DNA of 64,000 nucleotides from Candidatus Deferrimicrobiaceae bacterium (GCA_963792415.1 CAWBVY010000007.1:32001-96000), one strand, 5' to 3'. Positions 21,448 through 31,844 are shown, counted from the first letter of the stretch. Notes: generated from the letters alone by a model not told the origin. Numbers and translations are program-made.

Positions 21448-22244
21448 CCCCGGCGCTGTCCGCCCGCGGGGTGGGGTTCGGCTACGGGGACCGCGACATC
21501 CTGCGCGGCGTGACCGTCGATCTCTCTCCGGGCGAGGTGACGATCCTCCTCGGCCCCAACGGGGCCGGAAAGAGCACGCTGATCCGGATCCTGTCGGGGA
21601 TCCTCCCGCCTCGCGAGGGGGAGGTGCTGCTGTGCGGGCGCCCGCCAGGGGAGTTCCGTCGGCGGGAGATGGCGCGCCTCCTCTCCGTCGTGGGGCAGGA
21701 CCCCCCGGTCGACTTCCCGATGACGGTAGCTGCCTATGTCGGGCTCGGGCGGTTCCCCCACCAGGGGTTCTTCGGGGGAACGTCGCCGGAGGATCGGGAG
21801 CAGGTGGAGCGGGCGATGGAGAGGACGGAGCTGACCGGGCTGCGGGATCGGACCCTGGCGGAGATCTCCGCGGGGGAGCGCCAGCGGGCCGCCGTCGCCC
21901 GTGCGATCGCGCAGGGCGCGCGGGTGATGCTGCTGGACGAGCCGACGGCGTTCCTCGACATCCGGCACCGGGTCGCCTTCTACGAGATCGTCACGCACCT
22001 GAAGGAGACGTCCGGGATCGCCGCGCTGGTCGCCTCCCACGACCTGTCGCTGTGCGCGGAGTACGGGGAGCGGATCGTCCTGCTGTCCGGGGGGACGGTC
22101 GCGGCGCAGGGGCGGCCGGAGGAGGTGCTCACTCCCGCCAACGTGCAGGCCGCGTACGGAGTGGCGGTCGCCTGCGACCGGAACCCCGCCACCGGCGCGA
22201 TCCGCGTCACCCCCCTGCGAGGGATGCCGACGAAGAACCACTAA
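21444..22244 (+). CDS. btuD: Cobalamin ABC transporter ATP-binding protein
   Basis: GPNGAGKST, ISAGERQR, LLDEPTAFLD, SHDL. Confidence 0.87.
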   Translation: MTPALSARGVGFGYGDRDILRGVTVDLSPGEVTILLGPNGAGKSTLIRILSGILPPREGEVLLCGRPPGEFRRREMARLLSVVGQDPPVDFPMTVAAYVGLGRFPHQGFFGGTSPEDREQVERAMERTELTGLRDRTLAEISAGERQRAAVARAIAQGARVMLLDEPTAFLDIRHRVAFYEIVTHLKETSGIAALVASHDLSLCAEYGERIVLLSGGTVAAQGRPEEVLTPANVQAAYGVAVACDRNPATGAIRVTPLRGMPTKNH

Positions 22245-22305
22245 GTAGGCGGAACGGCACACTACGGATCCGAGGGACAGGAGGATCGATGCGGGGGGGG
22301 GGAAG

Positions 22306-24213
22306 GTGAAGGTTTCCGCCGGGGGATTGCGCTCCGTCCTGCTGCTGGCGATGCTCCTGCCCTGGGGGGCCGCTCCCTCCGTCGCGGCGGGGCCGGTGGA
22401 GATGGATCCGGTGGTCGTGACGGCGACGCGCATCGAGGAGAAGGTCTCGGAGCAGGCTTCCTCCGTGAGCGTCGTGCCCCGGGAGGAGATCGAGCTGAGC
22501 GGTGCGGTGCTCGTCGGGGACGCCCTCCAGGGGCTCCCCGGGGTGGATGTCCAGCGGAAGGGGAGCCCGGGGAGCATGGAAAACATCAAGATCCGCGGGG
22601 GGCTCGCCAGCCACACGCTGGTGCTGATCGACGGGTTCCCGGTGAACAGCCCCGCGATCGACGGCGCGTACGACGTGAGCACGCTCCCCGTGGGTCGCTT
22701 CGACCGGATCGAGGTCGTCCGCGGACCGCAGAGCGCGCTGTACGGGTCCAACGCCATGTCGGGCGTGGTGAACTTTCTTCCTCCCCGTCCGGAGGGGCCG
22801 GCGCGGTTCGGGGCCGGCGCGGCGGCGGGGAGCTTCTCCACGCTGCAGTGGAACGGATTCGCGGCCGGGGGCGCCGGGAGCGGGGGATACCACCTCGGCG
22901 GCGGCGGCCTGACGAGCGAAGGGATCCACCCGAACGACGACACCTCCATCCTCTCGTTCCTGGGGGGCGGGGACGTCTCCGTGGGCGAGAGGAGCCGGCT
23001 CCACGCCCTGGTCCTGTCGACGGAGGGGGAGAAGGGCGTCCCGATCGACTTCGGGACGCCGCACGACATCAACCATCGGTCGACGCGGCGGGGGCTCCTC
23101 GTCGGAGGCCGGTGGGAGACGGAGATTTCCTCCTCCTTCTCGGTCATCGCTTCGGGGAGCCGGTTCGACGAGTATTATCACGACCGCGACCCCGCCGACC
23201 CCGGGGAAGCGTACCCGTACGTCTACGACGATGTGTTGAAGACCGTGAAAACGGACGTCGGGGTCATGGCCCGCGTCGCGATCGGCGACCGCTCCGTCAC
23301 CTTTGCCGGGATGGAGTACACGAACAACCGTGCGACGGACACGCTCCAGTCCAACTTCGGGGACACGGACACCGCCGGCACCACGATCAATCGATCCGTT
23401 TTCCTTCAGGAGGAGTGGCGGCCCGGGAAAGGGGCCGGGGTCAGCGCCGGCGTGCGCGTTGACCGGAACTCCGAGGCGGGGACGGTGGTCAGTCCGAGGG
23501 TGGCGGTCTATCACGACCTGCCGGGCGTCGGGGCACGGCTGCGGGCGGCCGCCGGGCGGGGTTTCCGGACGCCGACGATCTCCGAGAAGTCGGACCCTTT
23601 CCTCGGGAACCCCGCCCTGTCGCCGGAGATGACGTGGTCCTACGAGGCGGGAGCGGACATCGCCCTGGCGGGAGGGGAGGCGGCCGTTTCGGCGACCTGG
23701 TTCTACCAGGACTTCCGCGACCTGATCCAGTACGACGATACGGTCCCCGGGCCGGCCGGATACGGCCAGTTGGCCAACGTCGGGGAGTCGTTCTCCCGGG
23801 GGGTGGAACTGGGAGGGACGTGGCAACTCAACCGGGTCGTGGGGCTCGCGGGAACGTACACCTATTCCGATACGTGGAACTACACGTATGGCCAGCGGAT
23901 CCGGGGGGTGCCGACACAGCGTGGGTCCGCCTCTGCCATCCTGACCCCCACCACCGCGTTCACGGGCCGTGTGGACTGGCGGCTGGAGAGCGACGAACTG
24001 GACGTCCCGCCCAACGGCGGCGATCCGCGGCGGCCTGGCTACGGGCGCGTCGACCTCCACGCCAGGTACCTCTGGAGGACCGGTTCCCGCGACGTCCCCC
24101 AGGTCGCCCTGACGGGGAAGATCCAGAACCTCCTGAACCGCGACTACGAGGAGCGGAAAGGGTACCCAGCCCCGGGGATCAATTTCCTCCTCGGGGCGGA
24201 ATTTACCATCTAG
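22306..24213 (+). CDS. btuB: TonB-dependent outer-membrane cobalamin receptor (BtuB-like)
   Basis: Signal peptide, Ton box DPVVVTATR, plug motifs LVLIDG and IEVVRGPQSALYGSNA.GVVN, C-terminal beta strand; in a B12-riboswitch operon. Confidence 0.85.
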   Translation: MKVSAGGLRSVLLLAMLLPWGAAPSVAAGPVEMDPVVVTATRIEEKVSEQASSVSVVPREEIELSGAVLVGDALQGLPGVDVQRKGSPGSMENIKIRGGLASHTLVLIDGFPVNSPAIDGAYDVSTLPVGRFDRIEVVRGPQSALYGSNAMSGVVNFLPPRPEGPARFGAGAAAGSFSTLQWNGFAAGGAGSGGYHLGGGGLTSEGIHPNDDTSILSFLGGGDVSVGERSRLHALVLSTEGEKGVPIDFGTPHDINHRSTRRGLLVGGRWETEISSSFSVIASGSRFDEYYHDRDPADPGEAYPYVYDDVLKTVKTDVGVMARVAIGDRSVTFAGMEYTNNRATDTLQSNFGDTDTAGTTINRSVFLQEEWRPGKGAGVSAGVRVDRNSEAGTVVSPRVAVYHDLPGVGARLRAAAGRGFRTPTISEKSDPFLGNPALSPEMTWSYEAGADIALAGGEAAVSATWFYQDFRDLIQYDDTVPGPAGYGQLANVGESFSRGVELGGTWQLNRVVGLAGTYTYSDTWNYTYGQRIRGVPTQRGSASAILTPTTAFTGRVDWRLESDELDVPPNGGDPRRPGYGRVDLHARYLWRTGSRDVPQVALTGKIQNLLNRDYEERKGYPAPGINFLLGAEFTI

Positions 24214-24310
24214 CGCAGCGGGACGCTGGACTCTCCGCACCGTCTTTACACCCCCGGGGAAACGGGATACCGTATCTGGACGAGGGCTGTACCCCCGGGG
24301 GCCGGAAACG

Positions 24311-24667
24311 ATGGACCGCGTCGGCATCGAAAATTGTCGGACAGAGCTCCAGAACCAACTGGACGAACTGTTGGCGGGAGCGGAACGGACGGTCGTCGAC
24401 ATGACCAGCGTCGAGGAAGAGAACTTCCCCGACCCGACCGACCGGGCCTCGCTCGAGGCGAACCGGAACTTTACCCTCCGCCTCCGGGACCGGGATCGGA
24501 AGCTTGTGGCCAAGATCCAGGAGGCCATGAAGCGGATCGAGAACGGAACGTTCGGGGTCTGCGACGGGTGCGGCGGGGAGATCGAGGAAAAGCGCCTGAT
24601 CGCCCGCCCGGTCACCACCCTCTGCATCGACTGCAAGACCGTCGCCGAGGAGGAAGAGGTCAAGTAG
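24311..24667 (+). CDS. dksA: RNA polymerase-binding transcription factor DksA
   Basis: DPTDRA (DxxDxA) coiled-coil tip, C4 zinc finger CDGC...CIDCK. Confidence 0.93.
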   Translation: MDRVGIENCRTELQNQLDELLAGAERTVVDMTSVEEENFPDPTDRASLEANRNFTLRLRDRDRKLVAKIQEAMKRIENGTFGVCDGCGGEIEEKRLIARPVTTLCIDCKTVAEEEEVK

Positions 24668-24716
24668 GCGTCCCGCCGAAGGCCTCCACCGACGTACCCC
24701 CGCCACCGGAGGCAGC

Positions 24717-25712
24717 ATGACGGAACTTCGGAAAGACCCGATCGTCGGCCGGTGGGTCATCATCTCCACCGAACGGGCCAAGCGTCCCCACGATTTCCCC
24801 CCGGAGCCCGCTCCGCGGCGCGAGGGGGTGTGCCCCCTCTGTCCGGGGAGCGAACGGATGACCCCTCCCGAAATCCTCGGGTACCGCGAGGGCGGCCAGC
24901 CCAACGACCCGAACTGGACCATGCGCGTCGTTCCCAACAAGTTCCCCGCCCTGCGGATCGAGGGGGAGCTGGGAAAGGCGGCCGACGGGATCTACGACCG
25001 GATGCGCGGCATCGGCGCCCACGAAATCGTCATCGAGTCGGAACGGCACGAAGTCGACCTGTTCGACCTGCCCGAGAAGCGGTTCGAGGAGGTCCTGTGG
25101 GCGTACCGGGACCGCCTCCTCGACCTGAAGAACGACCACAGGTTCAAGTCGGTCATCATCTTCAAGAACCACGGCGCCGCCGCCGGGGCGTCCCTGACCC
25201 ACAGCCACTCCCAGTTGATCGCCCTTCCCGTCATCCCGAAGCGGGTGATGGAGGAGATGAACGGCTGCCGGGAGTATTACCGCTTCCGCGACCGGTGCCT
25301 CTTCTGCGACATCGTCGTACAGGAGATGGACCAGAAGGCCCGCATCGTGGAAGAGACCGGTGAGTTTCTGGCCTTCGCCCCGTACGCCCCCCGCTTCCCG
25401 TTCGAGACCTGGATCGTCCCGAAGCGCCACCAGTGCGCCTACGAGATGATCGAGGCGGACCAGGCGAAAGCGCTCGCCGCCGTCTTCCGGCGGACCTTGC
25501 GGCGCCTGAACCTCGCCCTCGAAAACCCGTCCTTCAACTTCATCGTCCACAGCGCCCCATTCCAGGAGAGGGCGGCGGACTTTTTCCACTGGCACATCGA
25601 GATCATGCCGAAGCTGACGAAGGTCGCGGGGTTCGAGTGGGGGTCCGGCTTCTATATCAACCCGACCCCTCCCGAGGAGTCCGCCAAGTATCTCCGCGAA
25701 CTTCCGGAGTGA
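24717..25712 (+). CDS. galT: GalT-family (HIT-fold) hexose-1-phosphate nucleotidyltransferase
   Basis: ELRKDP, CPLCPGSE, VPNKFPAL, GASLTHSHSQ (HxHxQ), AGFEWGSG. Confidence 0.9.
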   Translation: MTELRKDPIVGRWVIISTERAKRPHDFPPEPAPRREGVCPLCPGSERMTPPEILGYREGGQPNDPNWTMRVVPNKFPALRIEGELGKAADGIYDRMRGIGAHEIVIESERHEVDLFDLPEKRFEEVLWAYRDRLLDLKNDHRFKSVIIFKNHGAAAGASLTHSHSQLIALPVIPKRVMEEMNGCREYYRFRDRCLFCDIVVQEMDQKARIVEETGEFLAFAPYAPRFPFETWIVPKRHQCAYEMIEADQAKALAAVFRRTLRRLNLALENPSFNFIVHSAPFQERAADFFHWHIEIMPKLTKVAGFEWGSGFYINPTPPEESAKYLRELPE

Positions 25713-25717
25713 GGCCG

Positions 25718-27178
25718 ATGAAGGTCCTCGTGGCCTCTTCCGAGATCGTCCCCTTCGCGAAAACCGGTGGCCTGGCGGACGTCTGCGGGGCGCTTCCCAA
25801 GGCGCTTCGCAGGATCGGTGTCGAGGCCGACTGCGTCCTCCCCCTCTACCGCTGCGTGGACCGGACCCGGTTTCCCTTTTCGGGACCCGGGGAGGCGGTC
25901 CTTGTCCCCCTCGGGACCGGGGAAGAACCGGGCAGCGTCGAGGAGACCGACGCCGGGGACGGCGTCCGCGCGTTCCTCGTCCGCAACGACCGGTACTTCG
26001 ACCGGGAGTTCCTCTACGGGACCCGCGACGGAGATTACGTCGACAACTCCGAGCGATTCACCTTCTTCTGCCGCGCCGTCATGGAGTGGATCGCGCGCTC
26101 CGGGCGTCGATACGACATCATCCACTGCAACGACTGGCAGACCGCCCTCTTACCGGTGTACGTCAAGACGCTCTATGCCGACCTCGAGCCGATTTCCGGG
26201 ACGGGAACCGTCTTCACCGTCCACAACCTGGGGTACCAGGGGCTGTTCTGGAACCACGACCTTCCGATGATGGGCCTCGGATGGGAGCTGTTCACCCCCC
26301 GTGGGCTGGAGTTCTACGGGAAGATCAACCTGATGAAGGGGGGCCTGTTGTACGCGGACATCCTCTCCACCGTGTCCGACACCTACAGCCGCGAAATCCA
26401 GACCCCGGAATACGGGTACGGTCTCGAGGGGGTCCTTTACGAGCGCCGGGAGGACCTCTACGGCATCGTGAACGGGATCGACGACGAGGAGTGGCACCCG
26501 GCCACCGACCGGTGGATCGCGGCGAACTACTCCGCGGGCGACCTGTCGGGGAAAGCGGCGTGCCGGCGGGATCTCATCTCGGTCTTCGGCCTCCCGGAGG
26601 GGGACGAACCCGTCCTCGGACTGATCGGGCGGCTCACGGCCCAAAAGGGGTTCGACCTCGTCGAGAGGATCGGGGAGTGGCTGGCGGAGCAGCCCCTGCG
26701 GGTTGTGATCCTCGGGTCCGGTGAACGGAAGTACGAGGAGGCGATGGAGAAGCTCGGGCGGAGGTGCCCGGACCGGATCGCGATCCGCGTCGCGTACGAC
26801 GACGCGCTGGCGCACAAGATCGAGGCGGGGTCGGACATGTACCTGATGCCCTCCCGGTACGAACCGTGCGGGCTGAACCAGATCTACAGCCTGAAGTACG
26901 GTACGGTCCCCATCGTGCGCGAAACGGGGGGGCTGGCGGACACCGTGGCGGACGCCGACGAGAACCCCGCGGCGGGCACCGGGTTCACCTTCCGGCGCTA
27001 TGAGGCGGAGGAGTTGAAGGGCGCCGTGACAAGGGCGTTGGCGGCGTACGCGGACCGTCCCCGGTGGGACGCGATCGTCCGCCGGGGGATGGCGCGGGAC
27101 TTCTCCTGGGAGGCGTCGGCGCGGGCGTACGTCGAGCTTTACGGGAAGGCGCTGCGCAAGCGGGCCCCGAAAGGGTAG
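25718..27178 (+). CDS. glgA: Glycogen synthase (GT5)
   Basis: KTGGLADV, HCNDWQTA, TVHNLGYQG, MPSRYEPCGLNQ, TGGLADTV. Confidence 0.95.
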   Translation: MKVLVASSEIVPFAKTGGLADVCGALPKALRRIGVEADCVLPLYRCVDRTRFPFSGPGEAVLVPLGTGEEPGSVEETDAGDGVRAFLVRNDRYFDREFLYGTRDGDYVDNSERFTFFCRAVMEWIARSGRRYDIIHCNDWQTALLPVYVKTLYADLEPISGTGTVFTVHNLGYQGLFWNHDLPMMGLGWELFTPRGLEFYGKINLMKGGLLYADILSTVSDTYSREIQTPEYGYGLEGVLYERREDLYGIVNGIDDEEWHPATDRWIAANYSAGDLSGKAACRRDLISVFGLPEGDEPVLGLIGRLTAQKGFDLVERIGEWLAEQPLRVVILGSGERKYEEAMEKLGRRCPDRIAIRVAYDDALAHKIEAGSDMYLMPSRYEPCGLNQIYSLKYGTVPIVRETGGLADTVADADENPAAGTGFTFRRYEAEELKGAVTRALAAYADRPRWDAIVRRGMARDFSWEASARAYVELYGKALRKRAPKG

Positions 27179-27184
27179 CCTCCC

Positions 27185-29656
27185 ATGGTGGAGAGCCCGT
27201 ACACCCGCTTTTCCCTCCTGGCCCGGATCGTCGAGATCTCCAACTCGAACATCCAGGTCGAGAACCGCCTGAAGTACATCTGCGATTTCCTCGCGCGGCA
27301 GACGCAATCGGATTGCGTCTGCATCTACCGGCGCGATGCGCACAAGGAGTACCTGGCGCCGTGGGTCTCCTCGAGTTGCGAGATCGAGGAGTGCGCCAAC
27401 AAGGATTTCGTGGTCCGTCCCGGGGAAGGGGTTTCCGGGAAGGTGGCGCGGAAGCGCGCCCCGGTCCTCTTCCCTGACGTGAAGGCGGATCCCCCGACGT
27501 CCGCCGTTCCCCAGGAATTGGGCGACTTCACCTCCATTCTCTCCATGCCGGTCATGGACGACGTGTACCTCTACGGCGTGATGAACTTTTCCGCCCTGGC
27601 TCCGGTGAACTACACGGAGGAGGACATGGCCCTCCTCACGTCCGTCGCGACGGAGGTGGCGGGGACGATCCGCAACAGCCGGCTATACAACGACATCCGG
27701 AAGCGCGTCTCGGAGCTCATCACGCTGAACGAGATCGGACGCGAGATCTCCTCGACCTTCGAAGTGAAGGAAGCGCTGGGCTACGTCGCCAAGACCACGC
27801 TGAGACTGTTGTCGGCCGAAGGGTGCACGGTGCGCCTCGCGGGAGAGGGGGGCGGTATTCTCAAGGTGGCGGTGGACGAGGGGTACTCTCGCCCCGGCTT
27901 CCGTCGGGAGCTTCGGCCGGTGGGAAAGGAGCTGGCCCGGCGGATCCACGACGAGAAGCGCCCGCTCCTGATCAACGGCTCCGAGGATTCTCCGCTCCAT
28001 TCCATGCTTGCCGACCACCGGGTCACCTCCTTCCTCGGTCTCCCCATCGTTTCCCACGGGCGGTCCCTCGGGACGATCAGCTACTACTCCACCTCCCCCC
28101 GGTTGCGCTTCGACATGCAAGGGGTGCACCTGATCCAGACGGTGTGCTCCCAGCTGGCGAACATGATCGAGAACGTGGCGATCCTGCGGAATGCGCAGCG
28201 GCTGGCGCAGGAGAACCAGGTCAAGGTGCAGCGGATCTCGACGCTCTACGACGTCGCCCGCGCTCTCATGTCCACGGTAAAGATGGAGCGGCTGCTTCCG
28301 ATCATGCTGTACGCCCTCATCTCCCCGCGCGGGCTGAACTTCAGCAGGGCGATCCTGTTTCTCACCTCGGAGGTTGGGGAGGGGCTTTTCGCCCGGATGG
28401 CGATGGGGCCGCGCGATCGCGCGGAGGCGCGGCGGATCGGCCGGCTTCCACGGGGGCTGCTGGGCGAAGGCGCGGCCGGGGCGGCGGGGGAGAAGATCCG
28501 GAACCTGCTCTGGTCCGACGTCGGGAACCTGAGGATCCCGGCGTCGGACGCCGCTTGCCTCGTGGCGATTGCGGTGAAGGAGAAACGGCCGGTGCGGACG
28601 GAGTCCGGCTGCGGGGCCCCGAAGGGCACGGGCGATGCGGGCTCCCGGGGGGGGTTCTGCGGCCGCCACCCGGGCTCCTTCGCCGCCGTCCCCCTGCTGG
28701 TCAAGGGGGAGGCGCGCGGGGCGATCTACGTGGACAACCTCTTCCTGGAGAGACCGATCACCGAAGAGGACATCCAGCTGCTCACGATGTTCGCCTCCAA
28801 CGCGTGTCTCGCGATGGAGAACGCCTCCCTCTACGAGTCCCTGGAGGACGCGCTCGAGACCGTCCGGACCACGCAGGACCAGTTGATGCAGAGCGAGAAG
28901 CTCATGGCGCTCGGGGAGATGGCGGCCAGGATCGCCCACGAGATCAAGAACCCTCTCACCGCGATCGGGGGGTTCGCCCGGCGGATCGCCTCCCCCAAGC
29001 CGGGGGGAGGGGCGCCCCCGGTCGAGCGGTACGCCCGGATCATCCTGAAGGAAGTCGAACGGCTGGAGCGGATCATCAACGAGACGCTCTACTTCTCCAG
29101 GGAGAGGGTTCCCGCGTTCCGCATCGTGGACCTGAACGCGGAGATCCGCGAAGTGCTGTCGATGTTCCGGGAGGAGTTCGAGGAGGCCCGCATCTCCGCG
29201 GTGGTCGACCTTCCCCAGGACCTTCCCTCCATCATGGTCGATCCGGACCAGATCCGGCAGGTCGTATGGAACCTCGTCTCCAACGCCATCCAGGCGATGG
29301 GGGGGAGCGGCATCCTCACCGTCGCCACGCACCTCGCCGACACCGCGGAGGGAACCGGCGTGGTTCTCGAGGTGAGCGACACCGGCGGCGGGATCCCGCA
29401 CGACGTGGTGCAGAACATCTTCAACCCGTTCTTCACCACGAAGCCGAAGGGGACCGGCCTCGGGCTTCCGATCGTCCACTCCATCATCGAGAAGCACGGG
29501 GGGACGATCCATCTGGACAACCGGGAGGGGGTCGGTGTAGCCTTCTCCATCTTCCTCCCCCTCCTTCCGAAGGGGGCGAGGACCGGGGACCGGATCCTCG
29601 AGCAGATGCGCAAAGGCGGAGTGGATGGAAACGGTCCTGCGGCGAATCAGGGATAA
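27185..29656 (+). CDS. Cytoplasmic triple-GAF sensor histidine kinase
   Basis: Three GAF-like repeats, H box AHEIKNPL, N box NLVSNAIQ, DTGGGI, FFTTK..GTGLGL; no TM segments seen. Confidence 0.9.
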   Translation: MVESPYTRFSLLARIVEISNSNIQVENRLKYICDFLARQTQSDCVCIYRRDAHKEYLAPWVSSSCEIEECANKDFVVRPGEGVSGKVARKRAPVLFPDVKADPPTSAVPQELGDFTSILSMPVMDDVYLYGVMNFSALAPVNYTEEDMALLTSVATEVAGTIRNSRLYNDIRKRVSELITLNEIGREISSTFEVKEALGYVAKTTLRLLSAEGCTVRLAGEGGGILKVAVDEGYSRPGFRRELRPVGKELARRIHDEKRPLLINGSEDSPLHSMLADHRVTSFLGLPIVSHGRSLGTISYYSTSPRLRFDMQGVHLIQTVCSQLANMIENVAILRNAQRLAQENQVKVQRISTLYDVARALMSTVKMERLLPIMLYALISPRGLNFSRAILFLTSEVGEGLFARMAMGPRDRAEARRIGRLPRGLLGEGAAGAAGEKIRNLLWSDVGNLRIPASDAACLVAIAVKEKRPVRTESGCGAPKGTGDAGSRGGFCGRHPGSFAAVPLLVKGEARGAIYVDNLFLERPITEEDIQLLTMFASNACLAMENASLYESLEDALETVRTTQDQLMQSEKLMALGEMAARIAHEIKNPLTAIGGFARRIASPKPGGGAPPVERYARIILKEVERLERIINETLYFSRERVPAFRIVDLNAEIREVLSMFREEFEEARISAVVDLPQDLPSIMVDPDQIRQVVWNLVSNAIQAMGGSGILTVATHLADTAEGTGVVLEVSDTGGGIPHDVVQNIFNPFFTTKPKGTGLGLPIVHSIIEKHGGTIHLDNREGVGVAFSIFLPLLPKGARTGDRILEQMRKGGVDGNGPAANQG

Positions 29657-30722
29657 GGTCGAGGCGGGGGAGCGGCTCCCGGAGGCCGACGCGCTCGCGC
29701 TCTATCGCACGCGGGACATCCTCGCCGTCGGGGAAATGGCGGCCCTGGCGAACCGGCGGGTGAACGACGACCGCGTCCACTTCATCGTCAACCGGCACGT
29801 GAACCCGACGAACATCTGCGTGAACCGGTGCAGGTTCTGCGCGTTCAGCAAGGAGAGGAACGACCCCCTCGCGTACACGATGACGATGGACGAGATCCTC
29901 CGCCGGGCGGAAGAGGCCCGGGAGCAGGGGGCCACGGAGCTTCACATCGTCGGGGGGTTGCACCCGGACCTCCCCTTCGATTTCTATCTGACGATGCTGC
30001 GCTCCCTGCGGGAACGGTTCCCTTCCCTGCACGTCCAGGCGTTCACCGCGGTGGAGATCGACTATTTCCGGGCGATCACCGGGCTGCCGCTGGCCGGGGT
30101 AATCTCGCAATTGAAGGACGCGGGGCTCGGATCCCTTCCCGGCGGCGGGGCGGAGATCTTCGCTCCGGAGATCCGGAACGAAATCTGTCCCGAGAAGATT
30201 TCGGGGGATCGGTGGCTCGAGGTGATGGAGGCGGTCCACGCGGCGGGGCTTCGGAGCAACGCCACGATGCTCTACGGACACGTGGAGACGCTGGAGTCGC
30301 GCGTGGACCACATGCGGCGCCTGCGGGAGCTGCAGGACCGCACCGGCGGGTTCCAGTCGTTCATCCCCCTGGCCTTCCACCCGAAGAACACGGAGATCGC
30401 GAAGGGGTACACCACGGGGCTCGAGGACCTGCTCGCGCTGGCGGTGGCGAGGCTCTACCTGGACAACTTCCGCCACATCAAGTCGTTCTGGATCATGGTG
30501 GGACCGAAGCTGGCGCAGATCTCCCTCCATTTCGGGGTGGACGACATCGACGGTACCGTGGTCGAGGAGAAGATCACCCACGCGGCCGGCGCGCAGGCGG
30601 GGCAGGAGATGTCCGTCGCCGAGCTCGTGGCGATGATCCGCCAGGCGGGGAAGATCCCCGTGGAGCGGGACACCCTCTACAACGTGGTCCGCGAGTGGCC
30701 GGCGGAGGGGGACGGGGGGTGA
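29625..30722 (+). CDS. mqnE: Aminofutalosine synthase MqnE (radical SAM)
   Basis: NPTNICVNRCRFCAF, ELHIVGGLHP, PGGGAEIF, NATMLYGH, DGTVVEEKITHAAG. Confidence 0.92.
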   Translation: METVLRRIRDKVEAGERLPEADALALYRTRDILAVGEMAALANRRVNDDRVHFIVNRHVNPTNICVNRCRFCAFSKERNDPLAYTMTMDEILRRAEEAREQGATELHIVGGLHPDLPFDFYLTMLRSLRERFPSLHVQAFTAVEIDYFRAITGLPLAGVISQLKDAGLGSLPGGGAEIFAPEIRNEICPEKISGDRWLEVMEAVHAAGLRSNATMLYGHVETLESRVDHMRRLRELQDRTGGFQSFIPLAFHPKNTEIAKGYTTGLEDLLALAVARLYLDNFRHIKSFWIMVGPKLAQISLHFGVDDIDGTVVEEKITHAAGAQAGQEMSVAELVAMIRQAGKIPVERDTLYNVVREWPAEGDGG

Positions 30723-31840
30723 ACGGATCCGGGGCGGATTGGAGGGAAGCGATCGGGCGGGTTTCGCTCGGGCGCGTGTCGGTGGCGGAGGGGGGGCGGC
30801 TCCTTCGGGAGGCGCCGCTGTTCGAGCTGGGGCGGGCCGCCGACGCGGTTCGCCGGAAACTGCACCCGGACGGCATCGTCACCTACATCGTCGACCGGAA
30901 CATCAACTACACGAACGTCTGCTCCTGCGGCTGCTCCTTCTGCGCCTTCTACCGGAAGAAGGACGCGCCCGACGCCTACGTCCTCTCCGGGGAGGAGCTC
31001 TCCGCGAAGATCGTCGACACGATCGCGGCGGGCGGGGTCCGCGTGCTGCTGCAGGGGGGGCTGCACCCCGACTGGGGGATCGGCGAGGCGGTCCGCCTGG
31101 TGCGGGCGGTGAAGCGGCACCCGATCCAGCTGCACGGGTTCTCCCCGCCGGAAGTCTGGCACTTCGCGCATCAATCGGGGATGACGATCGGGGAGGTGAT
31201 CGCGCGACTGAAGGACGCCGGCCTCGATTCGATCCCCGGCGGCGGTGCCGAGATCCTCGACGACGAGGTGCGGCGCCGGATCAGCCCGAAGAAGATCGGG
31301 TGGGAGCAGTGGGCGGCGGTGATGCGCGAGGCGCATCGACAGGGGCTTCGGTCCACCGCGACGATGATGTTCGGAAGCGTCGAGACGCCCGAAGCGATCG
31401 TCGCGCACCTGCTGCGGGTCCGCGCGCTTCAGGAGGAAACGGAGGGCTTCACCGCGTTCATCCCCTGGGTGTTCCAGCCGGGGAACACCGAGCTGTCGCG
31501 CGACCCGCGGTTCGGGGAGGCGTCGGCCCGGGGATTCGGCCACGCCGATGGGTACCTGCGGGTCCTGGCGCTGTCCCGGATCCTCCTGCCGAACGTTTCG
31601 ACCGTCCAGGTGTCGTGGGTGACGATGGGGGCGAAGGTGGCGCAGATCGGGCTCTTCTTCGGCGCGGACGACTTCGGCAGCACGATGATGGAGGAGAACG
31701 TGGTCGCCTCCGCGGGCGTCTCCTTCCGGATGTCCGAGGAGGAGATCGTCGCCACGATCGGGGACGCCGGGTTCGCCGCCTCGCGGCGGTCGGCGCCGGC
31801 GGGTGCGCAGGGCGGAAAACGAGAGACGGGAGCGGCCTGA
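30719..31840 (+). CDS. mqnC: Cyclic dehypoxanthinyl futalosine synthase MqnC (radical SAM)
   Basis: [47 protein letters not shown]. Confidence 0.92.
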   Translation: MNGSGADWREAIGRVSLGRVSVAEGGRLLREAPLFELGRAADAVRRKLHPDGIVTYIVDRNINYTNVCSCGCSFCAFYRKKDAPDAYVLSGEELSAKIVDTIAAGGVRVLLQGGLHPDWGIGEAVRLVRAVKRHPIQLHGFSPPEVWHFAHQSGMTIGEVIARLKDAGLDSIPGGGAEILDDEVRRRISPKKIGWEQWAAVMREAHRQGLRSTATMMFGSVETPEAIVAHLLRVRALQEETEGFTAFIPWVFQPGNTELSRDPRFGEASARGFGHADGYLRVLALSRILLPNVSTVQVSWVTMGAKVAQIGLFFGADDFGSTMMEENVVASAGVSFRMSEEEIVATIGDAGFAASRRSAPAGAQGGKRETGAA

Positions 31841-31844
31841 CAAG

